Source of the DNA: Nitrososphaeraceae archaeon
GTDB lineage: Archaea > Thermoproteota > Nitrososphaeria > Nitrososphaerales > Nitrososphaeraceae
Length of the DNA: 32,000 nt
NCBI GenBank assembly: GCA_035643635.1
Contig: DASQQB010000139.1
Span: forward strand, 54,865 to 86,864
Direction of reading: 5' to 3'
The notes under the pieces were generated by a model, which saw only the letters and a program-made list of their open reading frames with translations, did no database searches and was not told the DNA's origin. Shown piece by piece: positions 1 through 9,593 of the stretch. The translations under genes and the position numbers were made by a program. Position 1 is the stretch's first letter, and each line of letters opens with the position of its first letter.

Positions 1-510
1 AAGAAAAGGAAAATAATTTTCTATCCTTTGCTAATATCGTATTGTGAAGCGACAACTAAATTTAAAGAATATTTTAAACAAAGAATGCGTGTAAGTGAAG
101 GTCATATCAGAGGATTAAAAAGAAACACTCTTAGAATACTAACCAGTAAAATATCTTATATCGACAAGATTGAGTTACTGTTCACTGGATTGCAGTATGC
201 AAAGTCTATAGGAATAATTGGCTTGATCATTATTGATTACATGTTACTGTCGACTAATGGAGTTGATTTTATTATGCACAATTATTTTTTAAAGATATTA
301 TTATTTGTACAGTTTGTAAGTTTCTTAATCATTATAGGCACGAATTTTATATCCATCTCATTATGCCGTAACATAAGAAACTATAGCATCAAGGATGCTT
401 TATACTCAATGTCTCTGGATGTATATTCGATGCCCGCATTTATACTTGGATCGATTCTTGGGCTATCTAGAAGAAAGGGAATATTTTATAAAACAGAGCG
501 AAATCCTTAA
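1..510 (+). CDS. Membrane protein, 5'-truncated by the window edge; probably C-terminal part of a family 2-like membrane glycosyltransferase
   Basis: Frame is open from base 1 (KKRKIIFYPLLISYCEATTKFKEYFKQRMRVSEGHIRGLKRN...), so the listed start at 28 is not real. The QRxRxxEGHxRG-like segment followed by hydrophobic helices resembles the end of processive membrane glycosyltransferases. Confidence 0.5.
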   Translation, partial: KKRKIIFYPLLISYCEATTKFKEYFKQRMRVSEGHIRGLKRNTLRILTSKISYIDKIELLFTGLQYAKSIGIIGLIIIDYMLLSTNGVDFIMHNYFLKILLFVQFVSFLIIIGTNFISISLCRNIRNYSIKDALYSMSLDVYSMPAFILGSILGLSRRKGIFYKTERNP

Positions 511-1024
511 AAATACTATGATGCAAAGATTCAGTTGCTATAATATTACAGACTATGAGAAGGAAATCCAATATAAAATAGATGAAGTTGAACCTCATAA
601 TATTAGCATTAATCCTTTTACCTTTAAATTACAATGGCGTAACGCCTATTGAGCCATCTAAGTTTGTTCATACACAACTGGATTGATCCGAACAATTCGA
701 GGGAATACTGTTTTAACTGTTATACATTGACACTAGAGGATCCCTCAGATGGAAAGGTTACGAGGAGATAGACACAAGATTCTTTATTGACCCTAAAGAC
801 ACAAAGGAAATTAGAAAGCTCTTTAAAACTTACAAAGAAACACTCAAGAGCAGATTCAAACAGAAGATATCAAGATGACAATATTTTCTATAGAAGAGAT
901 TCGATCCAAGCAAGCATATTCTTAATCGAGAAAAATTGGCATCGACATTTTGAATAGCTCTCTGGAATATTTTTTGAAATAATACAAAATATTTTTTACC
1001 TCGATTCATGTTAATGAGCTCATC

Positions 1025-2002
1025 TTGGATTCGGGATCTGAACATTCAATTAACTTGCCACTAGTTAGTGAAAAAGAAGAAAATATTTGTTTACCCCTTG
1101 TAATAAATGTAATTTCAAAATATTGGGGATATGAAATTGACTTAGAAGAAACTTTACAAATCGCAAAAAAATATCATGGTATGAAAGGTTCTATAATGAT
1201 AGAAGGAATAGAGATAGCCGAAAGACATAACTTTGTTTCATATATTTATAAAGGTTCAGTAAATGATCTAAAAAAACGGATCGACCAAGGAGTACCTCCA
1301 ATAGTGATTCTTCCTGGAATTCACGATATGGTTCAACATGCTACGATAATATCTGGTTACAATCCCAAAGAGAATCGCATTCTTACTTATATTCCTCAAC
1401 CTGATACACTTGGTGCAATTCCTGAATCAAAATTTGAAGAAGAATGGGAGCAAGATGACAAGATTACTTTGATACTTATTCCAAAGGATATGGACGAGAT
1501 TTTTAAAAATGAAAAGAATTTGAAATTTATAAATTCAAATAGATATTGCTTCGAGGCGGAAAAATCACGTTTACAGGGAAACCTAAAAGACGCCTTATCA
1601 AAGTTACAAACAGCTGTAAACATTGATCCTGAAAATTCTCAAGCTTGGTCGCTTTTGGGCAGCATACACAATGAATTTAATTTAGATCACAATAATAAAA
1701 TTGAAGCTGATATTTTCTATGAAAAAGCAATTAAACTCAACCCAAAATATTATCTTGCTTTTCGCGGTTTAGGAAATTACCATTTGAAAAGGAAAAATTA
1801 TCATCTAGCAGATCGATATTATTCCAAGGCAATTGAAATTAACCCAAACAGATTTGGTCCAATATATAAAAACCGAGCTGCCGCAAGATTGGAGCTCAAG
1901 AATTACTCAGGCGCTAAAGAGGATCTTCTGCATTATTTGGAGCAAACACCCTCTGCAACGGATAAAAAAAATATTGAAGACGCAATACATCAACTTAACT
2001 AA
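1025..2002 (+). CDS. C39-like (papain-like) cysteine peptidase domain fused to TPR repeats
   Basis: N-terminal Cys in ENICLPLVINVISKYWG, later His in HDMVQHATIISGYNP, then TPR-like units (NPKYYLAFRGLGNYHLKRKNYHLADRYYSKAIEINPNRFGPIYKNRAAARLELKNYSGAKEDL). Confidence 0.7.
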   Translation: MDSGSEHSINLPLVSEKEENICLPLVINVISKYWGYEIDLEETLQIAKKYHGMKGSIMIEGIEIAERHNFVSYIYKGSVNDLKKRIDQGVPPIVILPGIHDMVQHATIISGYNPKENRILTYIPQPDTLGAIPESKFEEEWEQDDKITLILIPKDMDEIFKNEKNLKFINSNRYCFEAEKSRLQGNLKDALSKLQTAVNIDPENSQAWSLLGSIHNEFNLDHNNKIEADIFYEKAIKLNPKYYLAFRGLGNYHLKRKNYHLADRYYSKAIEINPNRFGPIYKNRAAARLELKNYSGAKEDLLHYLEQTPSATDKKNIEDAIHQLN

Positions 2003-2215
2003 CTGCCTATGTTTCCCAAATTCTGAAGACGATAAGCTCAAATCCTTAGGAAGGTTTACATAAATTATAACTTAATTCTACAGAACGCGTATATTACTGT
2101 CAATGATACCGCAATTTATTGAAATCATAGAATGATATATTGACTACGGAAATCTAAGATAGCAGAATTTAAGTGTGTTTGGAAGTGAAGATGGATCAAC
2201 AAAGTGATAGTTGAG

Positions 2216-2240
2216 TATTAGCTTATGGCATAAGCTAATA
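2216..2240. repeat. Perfect 11-bp inverted repeat with 3-nt loop
   Basis: tattagcttat-ggc-ataagctaata; right arm followed by aaaattatta. Confidence 0.85.
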
Positions 2241-2544
2241 AAAATTATTACAGCTAAAGCAATGATCGTATTCAAGATAAGAATTAAAAATCGAAGAAGC
2301 TAGAATTTAGCTAGTGTACACCATTTAGTAAAAGATCCAATGTTAAGCTTATTTATATAACATCTTCAGGGTATTGCGACAGATATCCTTTTGAAAAAGC
2401 CTAACAACGAAATCAGATGATAAGTAAATGTGGGAGTGTACTTTATTTTTCCAAATAAATTTAGTATATTTCAAAGTTATTTCGCTATAAATGATTTCCA
2501 TTGTTGCATTAATATTGATATATTCTCCAAGCTCTTGTATTCCA

Positions 2545-2784
2545 ATGCAAAGAATTTTGATATATGCTCCAGCGGAAATTGTTGTTAAGCTACAGGAAAA
2601 ACTGAGGTATCAGTATGATGTCGAAGTTGAATTGTTATCCAATCAGGAGAGCATGTGTAAAATAGAGGCAAAGATACAAGGAAATTGGCATACTATCTGC
2701 AGGTTTGCACCTGATGAAAATATTAAAGACATATTAACAATGTTTAAAGTAAATTATGATTTAAAATTAAATAAAATAAAATAA
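2545..2784 (+). CDS. Small hypothetical protein (79 aa)
   Basis: ORF 2491-2784; internal ATG at 2545 gives a more plausible start (MQRILIYAPAEIVVKLQEKLRYQYDVEVELL...). No recognised domain. Confidence 0.45.
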   Translation: MQRILIYAPAEIVVKLQEKLRYQYDVEVELLSNQESMCKIEAKIQGNWHTICRFAPDENIKDILTMFKVNYDLKLNKIK

Positions 2785-3050
2785 AACTAATCGTATATGG
2801 ATTCTAGTGGTAAATAATGAATAGTTTCTTTAGATGATTACACTCCTGCCTAAAGACGACGTCATCAACATGTCATAGATAACGTTTCCTAAATCTGTAC
2901 ATAATCGATTAATTGAGTCTCTGTTTTCTCAGTATTGCCTGACCATAGTGTCTTTGTATGTAATTCATTCGTATTATGGGAATATAGGAACACACACATA
3001 TTCAGTCATATTTAAGAATAATATTCTTGTTATTACCACAGTAATTAAAA

Positions 3051-3197
3051 ATGTGCATAAAAACATGCAAACATTGGGCTTGTAATGTATCAAATAATAC
3101 TTGTGTAGGTTGTGGTATAGTTATCTGCAGTTGCTGTTTACAAGAGCCACATAATTGTAAATGCGAGGGAAAAGAGAGTTGTTGTAGTTCTAAATAA
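3051..3197 (+). CDS. Cysteine-rich 48-aa microprotein
   Basis: Manual translation: MCIKTCKHWACNVSNNTCVGCGIVICSCCLQEPHNCKCEGKESCCSSK*, 12 Cys and 2 His in 48 aa. Not in the supplied ORF track. Confidence 0.5.
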   Translation: MCIKTCKHWACNVSNNTCVGCGIVICSCCLQEPHNCKCEGKESCCSSK

Positions 3198-3244
3198 CCT
3201 TCTATATTCATATACGATAATATATATATCGATATATTTATTGC

Positions 3245-3803
3245 CTATCTTGTACCATCAAAAAGATCTCCCTATGAATTATTTGGAGCCCATTTCATCT
3301 GCATTTTCAGTGAATCTTTATCATTTTTTCTATTATTACAATAGTCTCTGCATGTTATCGTTGAACCATTCTTTTTGCATACTTTACCGGCATATTTGTT
3401 ATTTTACAAAGTTTCATTTAACGATATTCTACCAATGCCTTCAAAGTTAATCCGGTATTCTTTCTTGAGATCATCAAGCTTTGTTCTTATCTCATCTACT
3501 GGTCTTCCACCTTCAATTACATTATACCCATCTATCTCTTTGGATATACAAGAATAAATAATCGAACTACTAAATATCTTTTAGGAACTATTACCAGATT
3601 TTCTATAATAAAGGGTTTAAGTTAATAAATCCATATCTTGCCTTATTTTATTTTGCTAAGCCCGTGTCTTGGCAGAGCAAAGAACCACAGAGATACTTTG
3701 ATTTCTCAATTCATGTAATAATTCTCTGCTGCGTCCATATTCTCCTGTATAAATGCCATTAGAGTTCCATCCATGTCAGTGAAAGAATATTTTTTTGTAT
3801 CAT
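3245..3803 (-). pseudogene. Decayed mannosyl-3-phosphoglycerate phosphatase-like HAD gene
   Basis: Reverse strand carries collinear fragments in different frames: MIQKNI / FTDMDGTL / NGIYTGEYGRSRELLHELRNQSISVVLCSAKTRA* / QNKIRQDMDLL / IVPKRYL / SKEIDGYNVIEGGRPVDEIRTKLDDLKKEYRINFEGIGRIS / NMPVKYAKRMVQR / ETIVIIEK. The order matches the MPGP family (FTDLDGTLL, SSKTRAE, IFIPKGYF, VIELG.PYEELR, GFGDMS, TG.P.E.AK.AK.RE), with stops and frameshifts between them. Confidence 0.8.
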
Positions 3804-4090
3804 TCTATATATATACAAAACGGGGTGTTGGTAGGCTATTGTCTAAGTTAAACATTGATTTATTTTACTAAAGTTATTAGTAGAATTAAGATTGGAACTA
3901 TTGGTAAGCGATTTATCATTAGATGTGTTCTTATCTACAATATATATTATTTTATATATATCATTTATATAACATGGATATATGTATATATAGTACCACT
4001 TAGGACCGTTGAATGTTATTTTTGTAAACTATAATTATGTACGATATTCTTATCAAGGATAATGTCATAATCAGACAGTGAATAAGCCAA

Positions 4091-4225
4091 ATGCATAAAG
4101 ACACTGTTAGTCCTAATCAATGCAAAATATGCGGAAAATTATTTTCTAGTCTAGGGGATATGGAGCTGCATCTCACTGTAGAACATATGCAAAAAGGAGA
4201 TATCGTATCAGATAATTCAATATAA
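4091..4225 (+). CDS. Single C2H2 zinc-finger microprotein (44 aa)
   Basis: Manual translation: MHKDTVSPNQCKICGKLFSSLGDMELHLTVEHMQKGDIVSDNSI*. C-x2-C-x3-F-x8-H-x4-H spacing of a classical C2H2 finger. Not in the supplied ORF track. Confidence 0.7.
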   Translation: MHKDTVSPNQCKICGKLFSSLGDMELHLTVEHMQKGDIVSDNSI

Positions 4226-4824
4226 GAGACCTAAACTACTGTTAAAGAAATGTACACACGTTCTTAGGTTATCGAGATTATCTGAGCAGTTTGTTATTCT
4301 GAACTAGGGGAAATGCTCGCCTTTTGTGGTTCATTTTGTTTTATCGATTATTCATTCAACCCAGTACATTGAGGAGGATATCGTATGTTATTGTAGATAA
4401 GTGCATTCTTACATTATCTTAATTTCTGTTTTCTTTCTTTAATGTTAAGATGGATTATATTGTGGTTATCTCGGAGCTGGTTATGTGGTTATTCAGTACC
4501 AATATAAAAAAAATTCAAATGACAAGTCCATATATGAAAGACGAAAAATGAAATTATCTAAATGGTATTTGTGCTGCGACCAGTAAGTTATTGAGGCATT
4601 ATACATTCCTATATTTTCAAAACCTGCATGTTTGAATTGTGAAAATTTGTGTAATGAATCGACTAATAAATGCCATTGGCAATATATAGTATTAATATAT
4701 ATATATATATTCTATATGACACGAGATTTACAAAAATTGCACTAACTACAATGCTCTTGGAGTAAGTTATATATTCATTGTCTTCATCAAGTATAAAAAT
4801 GACCTCCAATTCATTTGAAGATGA

Positions 4825-5235
4825 ATGAAACAAATTTTCAAAGACCTATGCAAAAGAGTGATTGGACTAGACTCTTCAATTCGATTTATTGGAATTGCTG
4901 ATGAACATGGTTCTTTGCTGTCTATAGCAGAACGTAAAGGTCTTAAACCATTGCTAAATGCTGAAGAAACAGCACAATATGCAATCACCGCTGCGACACG
5001 CCAGTATACCCGTCTAAGATGGGAATATCTATTGGGGACTGTTCATTATGCCTGCTCTCATTACGCCAAGCTTATTCGAGCAACCATTCCAATAACCGAC
5101 AATAACAATCATCTGGCGTATGTTGTATTGTTAACATTTGATGTAGGAACAGAAAATTTCCATAATATTATTATGAAAAAGATAATTCCGCTGATTCACG
5201 AGAACAACTCAAAGTTCCTTAGAAGAAATAATTAA
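4825..5235 (+). CDS. Conserved-looking thaumarchaeal hypothetical protein (136 aa; possibly DUF6659-like)
   Basis: Coherent 136-aa ORF MKQIFKDLCKRVIGLDSSIRFIGIADEHGSLLSIAERKG...; family assignment is from memory of similar archaeal proteins and is tentative. Confidence 0.6.
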   Translation: MKQIFKDLCKRVIGLDSSIRFIGIADEHGSLLSIAERKGLKPLLNAEETAQYAITAATRQYTRLRWEYLLGTVHYACSHYAKLIRATIPITDNNNHLAYVVLLTFDVGTENFHNIIMKKIIPLIHENNSKFLRRNN

Positions 5236-5532
5236 TTTTTACCATAATTATCAAAATAATAATGGAACTAGAATTACAGGAATATTTGCATGAAACCTCT
5301 TAATTAGATGTAGAGTATATATATATAATACATATTCGATCTGCAACTATATTTCATATATAATTCGACACAAATTTCATTAAAAAGTATATAATTACTT
5401 GAATAAGGAATAGTGAGGAGCCATGATCAACAACAATTGTGGAAGGTTAAGAAGTTCGTAAGGTATTGATAGCCGTGTTTACCTTATAAACAACTATATT
5501 TTTAAAAGAAATATAAAAAGAGGTAATATAAA

Positions 5533-6504
5533 ATGGTGACAACAGCAGATGTCCAAGGAAACTTTGAAACAATAACCAATAATGGCTTAACTTGGATAGA
5601 TATACAAAATCCTACTCATAGCAAAATAGATATACTTGGACGGAAATATTTTTTTCATGAACTAAATCTAGAAGACTGTCTTTCAAAACGACAGATTCCT
5701 AAAATGGATAAATATGCTGATCATATCTTTGCTGTACTACATTTTCCTAGTATAGATAAGGAAAAAAGTACAACACTAAGGTTTAGCCAGTTGTCTATCT
5801 TCGCAGGAATGAATTATCTGGTTACAATACATCAAGGCGATCTTAAACCACTTGAAGAAATGTTTGAACTCTGTAAACACAGTGAGAAGTATAGGGCTGC
5901 ACAAATGGGAAAATCATCAGGATATCTTCTCCACAGCATAATAGATATGCTGGTAGATGATCTTCTTCACATATTGATGAAGGTGATTGGCAACCTAGAC
6001 GACATAGAAGACGCAGTGTTCGATGATAAGGTAGCAATTGTAAAAGAAATTTCGCTTCTTAGAAGAGAAATAACTGTGCTCAGGAGAATAGTCGTTCCTC
6101 TAAAAAGAATTGTAACAGAAATAACCAAGAATATACAGGGTTTTTCCGAAGAAGACCTCACACAATATTATGATGATGTAAAGGATCATATAGATAAAGT
6201 ATTAGAAGAATTAGATGTCGCTCACGAAACAATAGAGATCTATAAGGACACAGATTTTATGCTCAATACAGAAAAAACTAATCAGACTCTTTCTATTCTT
6301 ACAATACTTTTCACGCTTTCAATTCCCGCTACAGTAATAGGCGCTTTTTATGGGATGAATGTAAATTTGCCTGGAGGAATAATACGGCCTTGGACATTCC
6401 TTGGTCCATATACTACCTTAATAATTATACTTATAATTTCTACAGTCCCTGCATTGTTGATGATTTGGTACTTTCGTAGACTTAGATGGATGGGGGTTAC
6501 TTAA
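5533..6504 (+). CDS. corA: CorA-like Mg2+/divalent cation transporter
   Basis: C-terminal YGMNVNLPGG signature with two TM helices; N-terminal CorA-like cytoplasmic domain. Confidence 0.93.
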   Translation: MVTTADVQGNFETITNNGLTWIDIQNPTHSKIDILGRKYFFHELNLEDCLSKRQIPKMDKYADHIFAVLHFPSIDKEKSTTLRFSQLSIFAGMNYLVTIHQGDLKPLEEMFELCKHSEKYRAAQMGKSSGYLLHSIIDMLVDDLLHILMKVIGNLDDIEDAVFDDKVAIVKEISLLRREITVLRRIVVPLKRIVTEITKNIQGFSEEDLTQYYDDVKDHIDKVLEELDVAHETIEIYKDTDFMLNTEKTNQTLSILTILFTLSIPATVIGAFYGMNVNLPGGIIRPWTFLGPYTTLIIILIISTVPALLMIWYFRRLRWMGVT

Positions 6505-6595
6505 TAAGCTAATTAATAAGCTGGTAATGGTTATCTAATTCCTATCATCAAAAATTCCAAATATTAATTAAAGGTCAAAATAAAAAGCATATCTA

Positions 6596-6994
6596 ATGCA
6601 CAACCCAGAAATGGTTCCTAGATGGATAGTAGAATCTGATCCATCTTGGGAGAGATCAGTTGATTCTAATCTTGGTATGCTAAGATGGTGTAAAAAAGGT
6701 ACAAGTCTACGAGCGGTATGCTCTCCTACCAGTATGTTTTGTACCTTAATAGATGATAATCATGAAAATAGTAACGATGGTAATGATACTGGATTATATG
6801 ATCGCAGGACTCTGGGCATGAAGTCGTCATCATCAGAACAATTCGGAATAAATGTACCTCAAACAGTAGCATCAGAGATTACTAAATATCTATCGAGTAG
6901 GTACTTGAATCCGATGAATAGCAGTTTGATAGATCATTTGAATAATATGAACACACCATACCATAGTTTTCTATACCGTAAATTGATTAGGTAG
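6596..6994 (+). CDS. Hypothetical protein (132 aa)
   Basis: Single uninterrupted ORF in an otherwise empty gap; no recognisable domain. Confidence 0.35.
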   Translation: MHNPEMVPRWIVESDPSWERSVDSNLGMLRWCKKGTSLRAVCSPTSMFCTLIDDNHENSNDGNDTGLYDRRTLGMKSSSSEQFGINVPQTVASEITKYLSSRYLNPMNSSLIDHLNNMNTPYHSFLYRKLIR

Positions 6995-7016
6995 TTATTA
7001 AAATAGTTTAACTTCC

Positions 7017-9410
7017 TTGCAAAAAAATTTTTTTTTATTCTTATTACTAAGCTCTTTATTACTTATTCCACTGGTTTTTAGTACTTCTAGCGATGCCTAT
7101 CTTGGGATAGAACCAAAAGGGGCATATGTTGATAAAATACGATTTATTCAATATCTCGACGAGAATGTCGCATTGCAACAAGTAAAAGCAGGAAATCTTG
7201 ACACATACTTTTATAGAATTCCGTTGGAAGTGGTTTCTGATGTAAAGACTAATCCTAGTTTAAAGATTTACGAAAGAACAGCAGGATCGATTGGAATATT
7301 ATTAAATCCTGCTCCTACAAAAAATCCTAACACAATTAATCCTTTCCAATTCAGGCAAGTCCGGTATGCGTTGAACTATCTGATAAATCGCGATTTTATT
7401 GTTGATGAAGTTTTAAAGGGTTATGGGACCCCAATGATCGATCCCTTTGGCATTTATTCTCCAGAATATCTAAATGTTATAGATACTGTAGAATCCTTTA
7501 GTTTTAGATACAATCCACAACTTGCTGAAAAATTGATCTCAGATGCGTTGCTTCATGCAGGGGCCTCTAAAATTGCTGGAAAATGGATGTTCAAGGGGCA
7601 TACTATCACGGTTAAGGTACTGATCAGAAGTGACGATGCCCAAAGACAATCAGTTGGCGAATTGGTTTCGTCTGAACTAGAAAAAATAGGTATAACAATT
7701 GAAAAAAGCTTTGGAGATCTAAATAAAGCGAATTCTATTGTGTATGGATCTGATCCTCAGGACTTTCAGTGGCAGATTTACACTGAAGGCTATGCTGGCA
7801 CTTCTGCATTTGTAAAATATAATCCAATAATAATTTCACAGATGTATGCGCCTTATTTTGGTAATATGCCTGGCGGTCAAAATCCTTCTTTTTGGCATTA
7901 TCAAAACACAACATTAGATAATCTTGCACAGAGAATACAATTTTCAAACTTTACTTCTGAGGAAGCTAGAAATACTCTAGTAAGAGATGCAACAAAGTAT
8001 GGAATTCAACAGTCCGTCAGGATTTTTCTTGCCTCAAATACAGTTCCATATGTTGCATCATCTGCCTTAAGGGGGTTAATTAATGACTTTGGTGCAGGCA
8101 TTACAAGTAAATTATCCCTTATTAATGCGCAAGCTCCAAAAAATGTGTCCATGGATATTGGTGTAAAACAAATCTACCAAGGAGCATGGAATAATGTAGC
8201 TGGATGTAAGGACGAATACTGCACAAATATATACGGAGCCGTCTCGGATGGAGCAACATTCAGAAATCCCTACACTGGTGATGTGATTCCGATGAGAGAG
8301 CAATGGATTGACATTTCGACTAATGGTCCAAATGGCAGAATAAGAGTTCCAACTGATGTCAAAATCTGGGATTCTTCAACTCAGCAATGGAGATATGGTG
8401 GTGATAATACCACAGCAAAGAGCAAAGTGACTTATAAAATACTTTTTTCCAAATGGCATAATGGCATTCCGATGGATAAATCAGATTTAATTTATTCACA
8501 ATATTTCTTCTTTCAGTGGGGAACCAACAAAAGCCAAAGCGATCCGACATTTGATCCAGAGTTCACTTCACAAGCTGAAGTGGCGGTCCCACTGAATAAA
8601 GGATTTAAGTTTATTGCCAATGACGAAATAACATCTTATGTTGACTTTTGGCATTATGATAAAAAGGAAATAGCTGATTTTGCAGCAATATGGGCTGCTG
8701 AACCATGGGATATAACAGCAGCAACGGAAAGGCTAGTAACTGCAGGCAAACTTGCATATTCAAAAGGCCAAGCAACAGCCAAGAATGTTGATTGGCTGTC
8801 TTTATTAATAGCCGATCACGCCAATATGATAAGGACTGAACTACAAAAAATGAAAGACGAAAATTTTGTACCCCGTGCTCTAAAGAATATAGTTGGCATA
8901 GACGATGCAAAGAAACGGTATGATGCAAGCATAAACTGGATCTCTACTCACAAAAATGCTGTTATTGGCAACGGGCCATTTTATCTTGATAACTATAACC
9001 CATCAGGTGGAATAATTACACTTAAAGCATTCAGAGATCCTTCCTATCCGTTCAAACAGGGTCACTGGTCTGTATATGAGCATCCGAAATTAGCTAATAT
9101 AGATAAAATACAGGCTCCAAAATTTGTAAGACATGGTCAACCTATCAAAATACTAGTCAACGTTGACGTTAATGGACAGCCCAGTAATAACGTATCAATA
9201 AATTATTTTATATCCAATAAAGAAGGTAGGATCATAAGTCATGGAATAGCAGAGCCTGTTACGTCTGCTTTAGGAACGTTTGAAGTGAATCTTTTAGCAA
9301 ATGAAACGTCAAAGGTTTCTGTAGGTCCTAACGTTTTAAAATTATTTGCAAACAGCAAGGAGGCATTTAGACCAGATATCTCTACCAACACAATTTTGGG
9401 TATTCCATAA
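7017..9410 (+). CDS. ABC transporter substrate-binding protein, oligopeptide/nickel family 5
   Basis: Hydrophobic N-terminal signal, SBP_bac_5-like segments (VRYALNYLINRDFIVDEVLKGYGTPM), followed by matching permease genes. Confidence 0.88.
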   Translation: MQKNFFLFLLLSSLLLIPLVFSTSSDAYLGIEPKGAYVDKIRFIQYLDENVALQQVKAGNLDTYFYRIPLEVVSDVKTNPSLKIYERTAGSIGILLNPAPTKNPNTINPFQFRQVRYALNYLINRDFIVDEVLKGYGTPMIDPFGIYSPEYLNVIDTVESFSFRYNPQLAEKLISDALLHAGASKIAGKWMFKGHTITVKVLIRSDDAQRQSVGELVSSELEKIGITIEKSFGDLNKANSIVYGSDPQDFQWQIYTEGYAGTSAFVKYNPIIISQMYAPYFGNMPGGQNPSFWHYQNTTLDNLAQRIQFSNFTSEEARNTLVRDATKYGIQQSVRIFLASNTVPYVASSALRGLINDFGAGITSKLSLINAQAPKNVSMDIGVKQIYQGAWNNVAGCKDEYCTNIYGAVSDGATFRNPYTGDVIPMREQWIDISTNGPNGRIRVPTDVKIWDSSTQQWRYGGDNTTAKSKVTYKILFSKWHNGIPMDKSDLIYSQYFFFQWGTNKSQSDPTFDPEFTSQAEVAVPLNKGFKFIANDEITSYVDFWHYDKKEIADFAAIWAAEPWDITAATERLVTAGKLAYSKGQATAKNVDWLSLLIADHANMIRTELQKMKDENFVPRALKNIVGIDDAKKRYDASINWISTHKNAVIGNGPFYLDNYNPSGGIITLKAFRDPSYPFKQGHWSVYEHPKLANIDKIQAPKFVRHGQPIKILVNVDVNGQPSNNVSINYFISNKEGRIISHGIAEPVTSALGTFEVNLLANETSKVSVGPNVLKLFANSKEAFRPDISTNTILGIP

Positions 9411-9593
9411 TCATCTACTATATACATTGTAAAAGCAGTGCAAATCGATCCATTTACCTCACTTCAGCATCCAATAAAAATAAACTTGTTAACAAGTGTA
9501 CTAACGCATCACAAAACCTTATCAACTATATACACAGACAGAGAAGACTATTAATACAATTTCTATTTTAAGATATTCCTGATATACTATAAC

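Noticed and set aside
395-652. 85-aa plus ORF
   Set aside because: Overlaps the end of the truncated membrane protein out of frame; the tail after 510 looks weakly protein-like but is not supportable.
1833-2063. 76-aa plus ORF
   Set aside because: Out-of-frame overlap with the TPR region of the 1025-2002 gene.
3002-3211. 69-aa minus-strand ORF
   Set aside because: Overlaps the Cys-rich plus-strand microprotein; its Leu/Gln-rich stretch is explained by complementarity to that gene.
3241-3557. Plus-strand ORFs 3241-3450 and 3375-3557
   Set aside because: Antisense to the mpgP-like pseudogene and without family resemblance.
4692-4711. TA dinucleotide run and AT-rich stretch at 3940-4010
   Set aside because: Simple-sequence AT richness typical of this genome; no spacer/repeat periodicity, so not a CRISPR array or tandem-repeat element.
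8611-8928. 105-aa minus-strand ORF (and other minus ORFs within 7700-9430)
   Set aside because: Antisense to the ABC substrate-binding protein gene.
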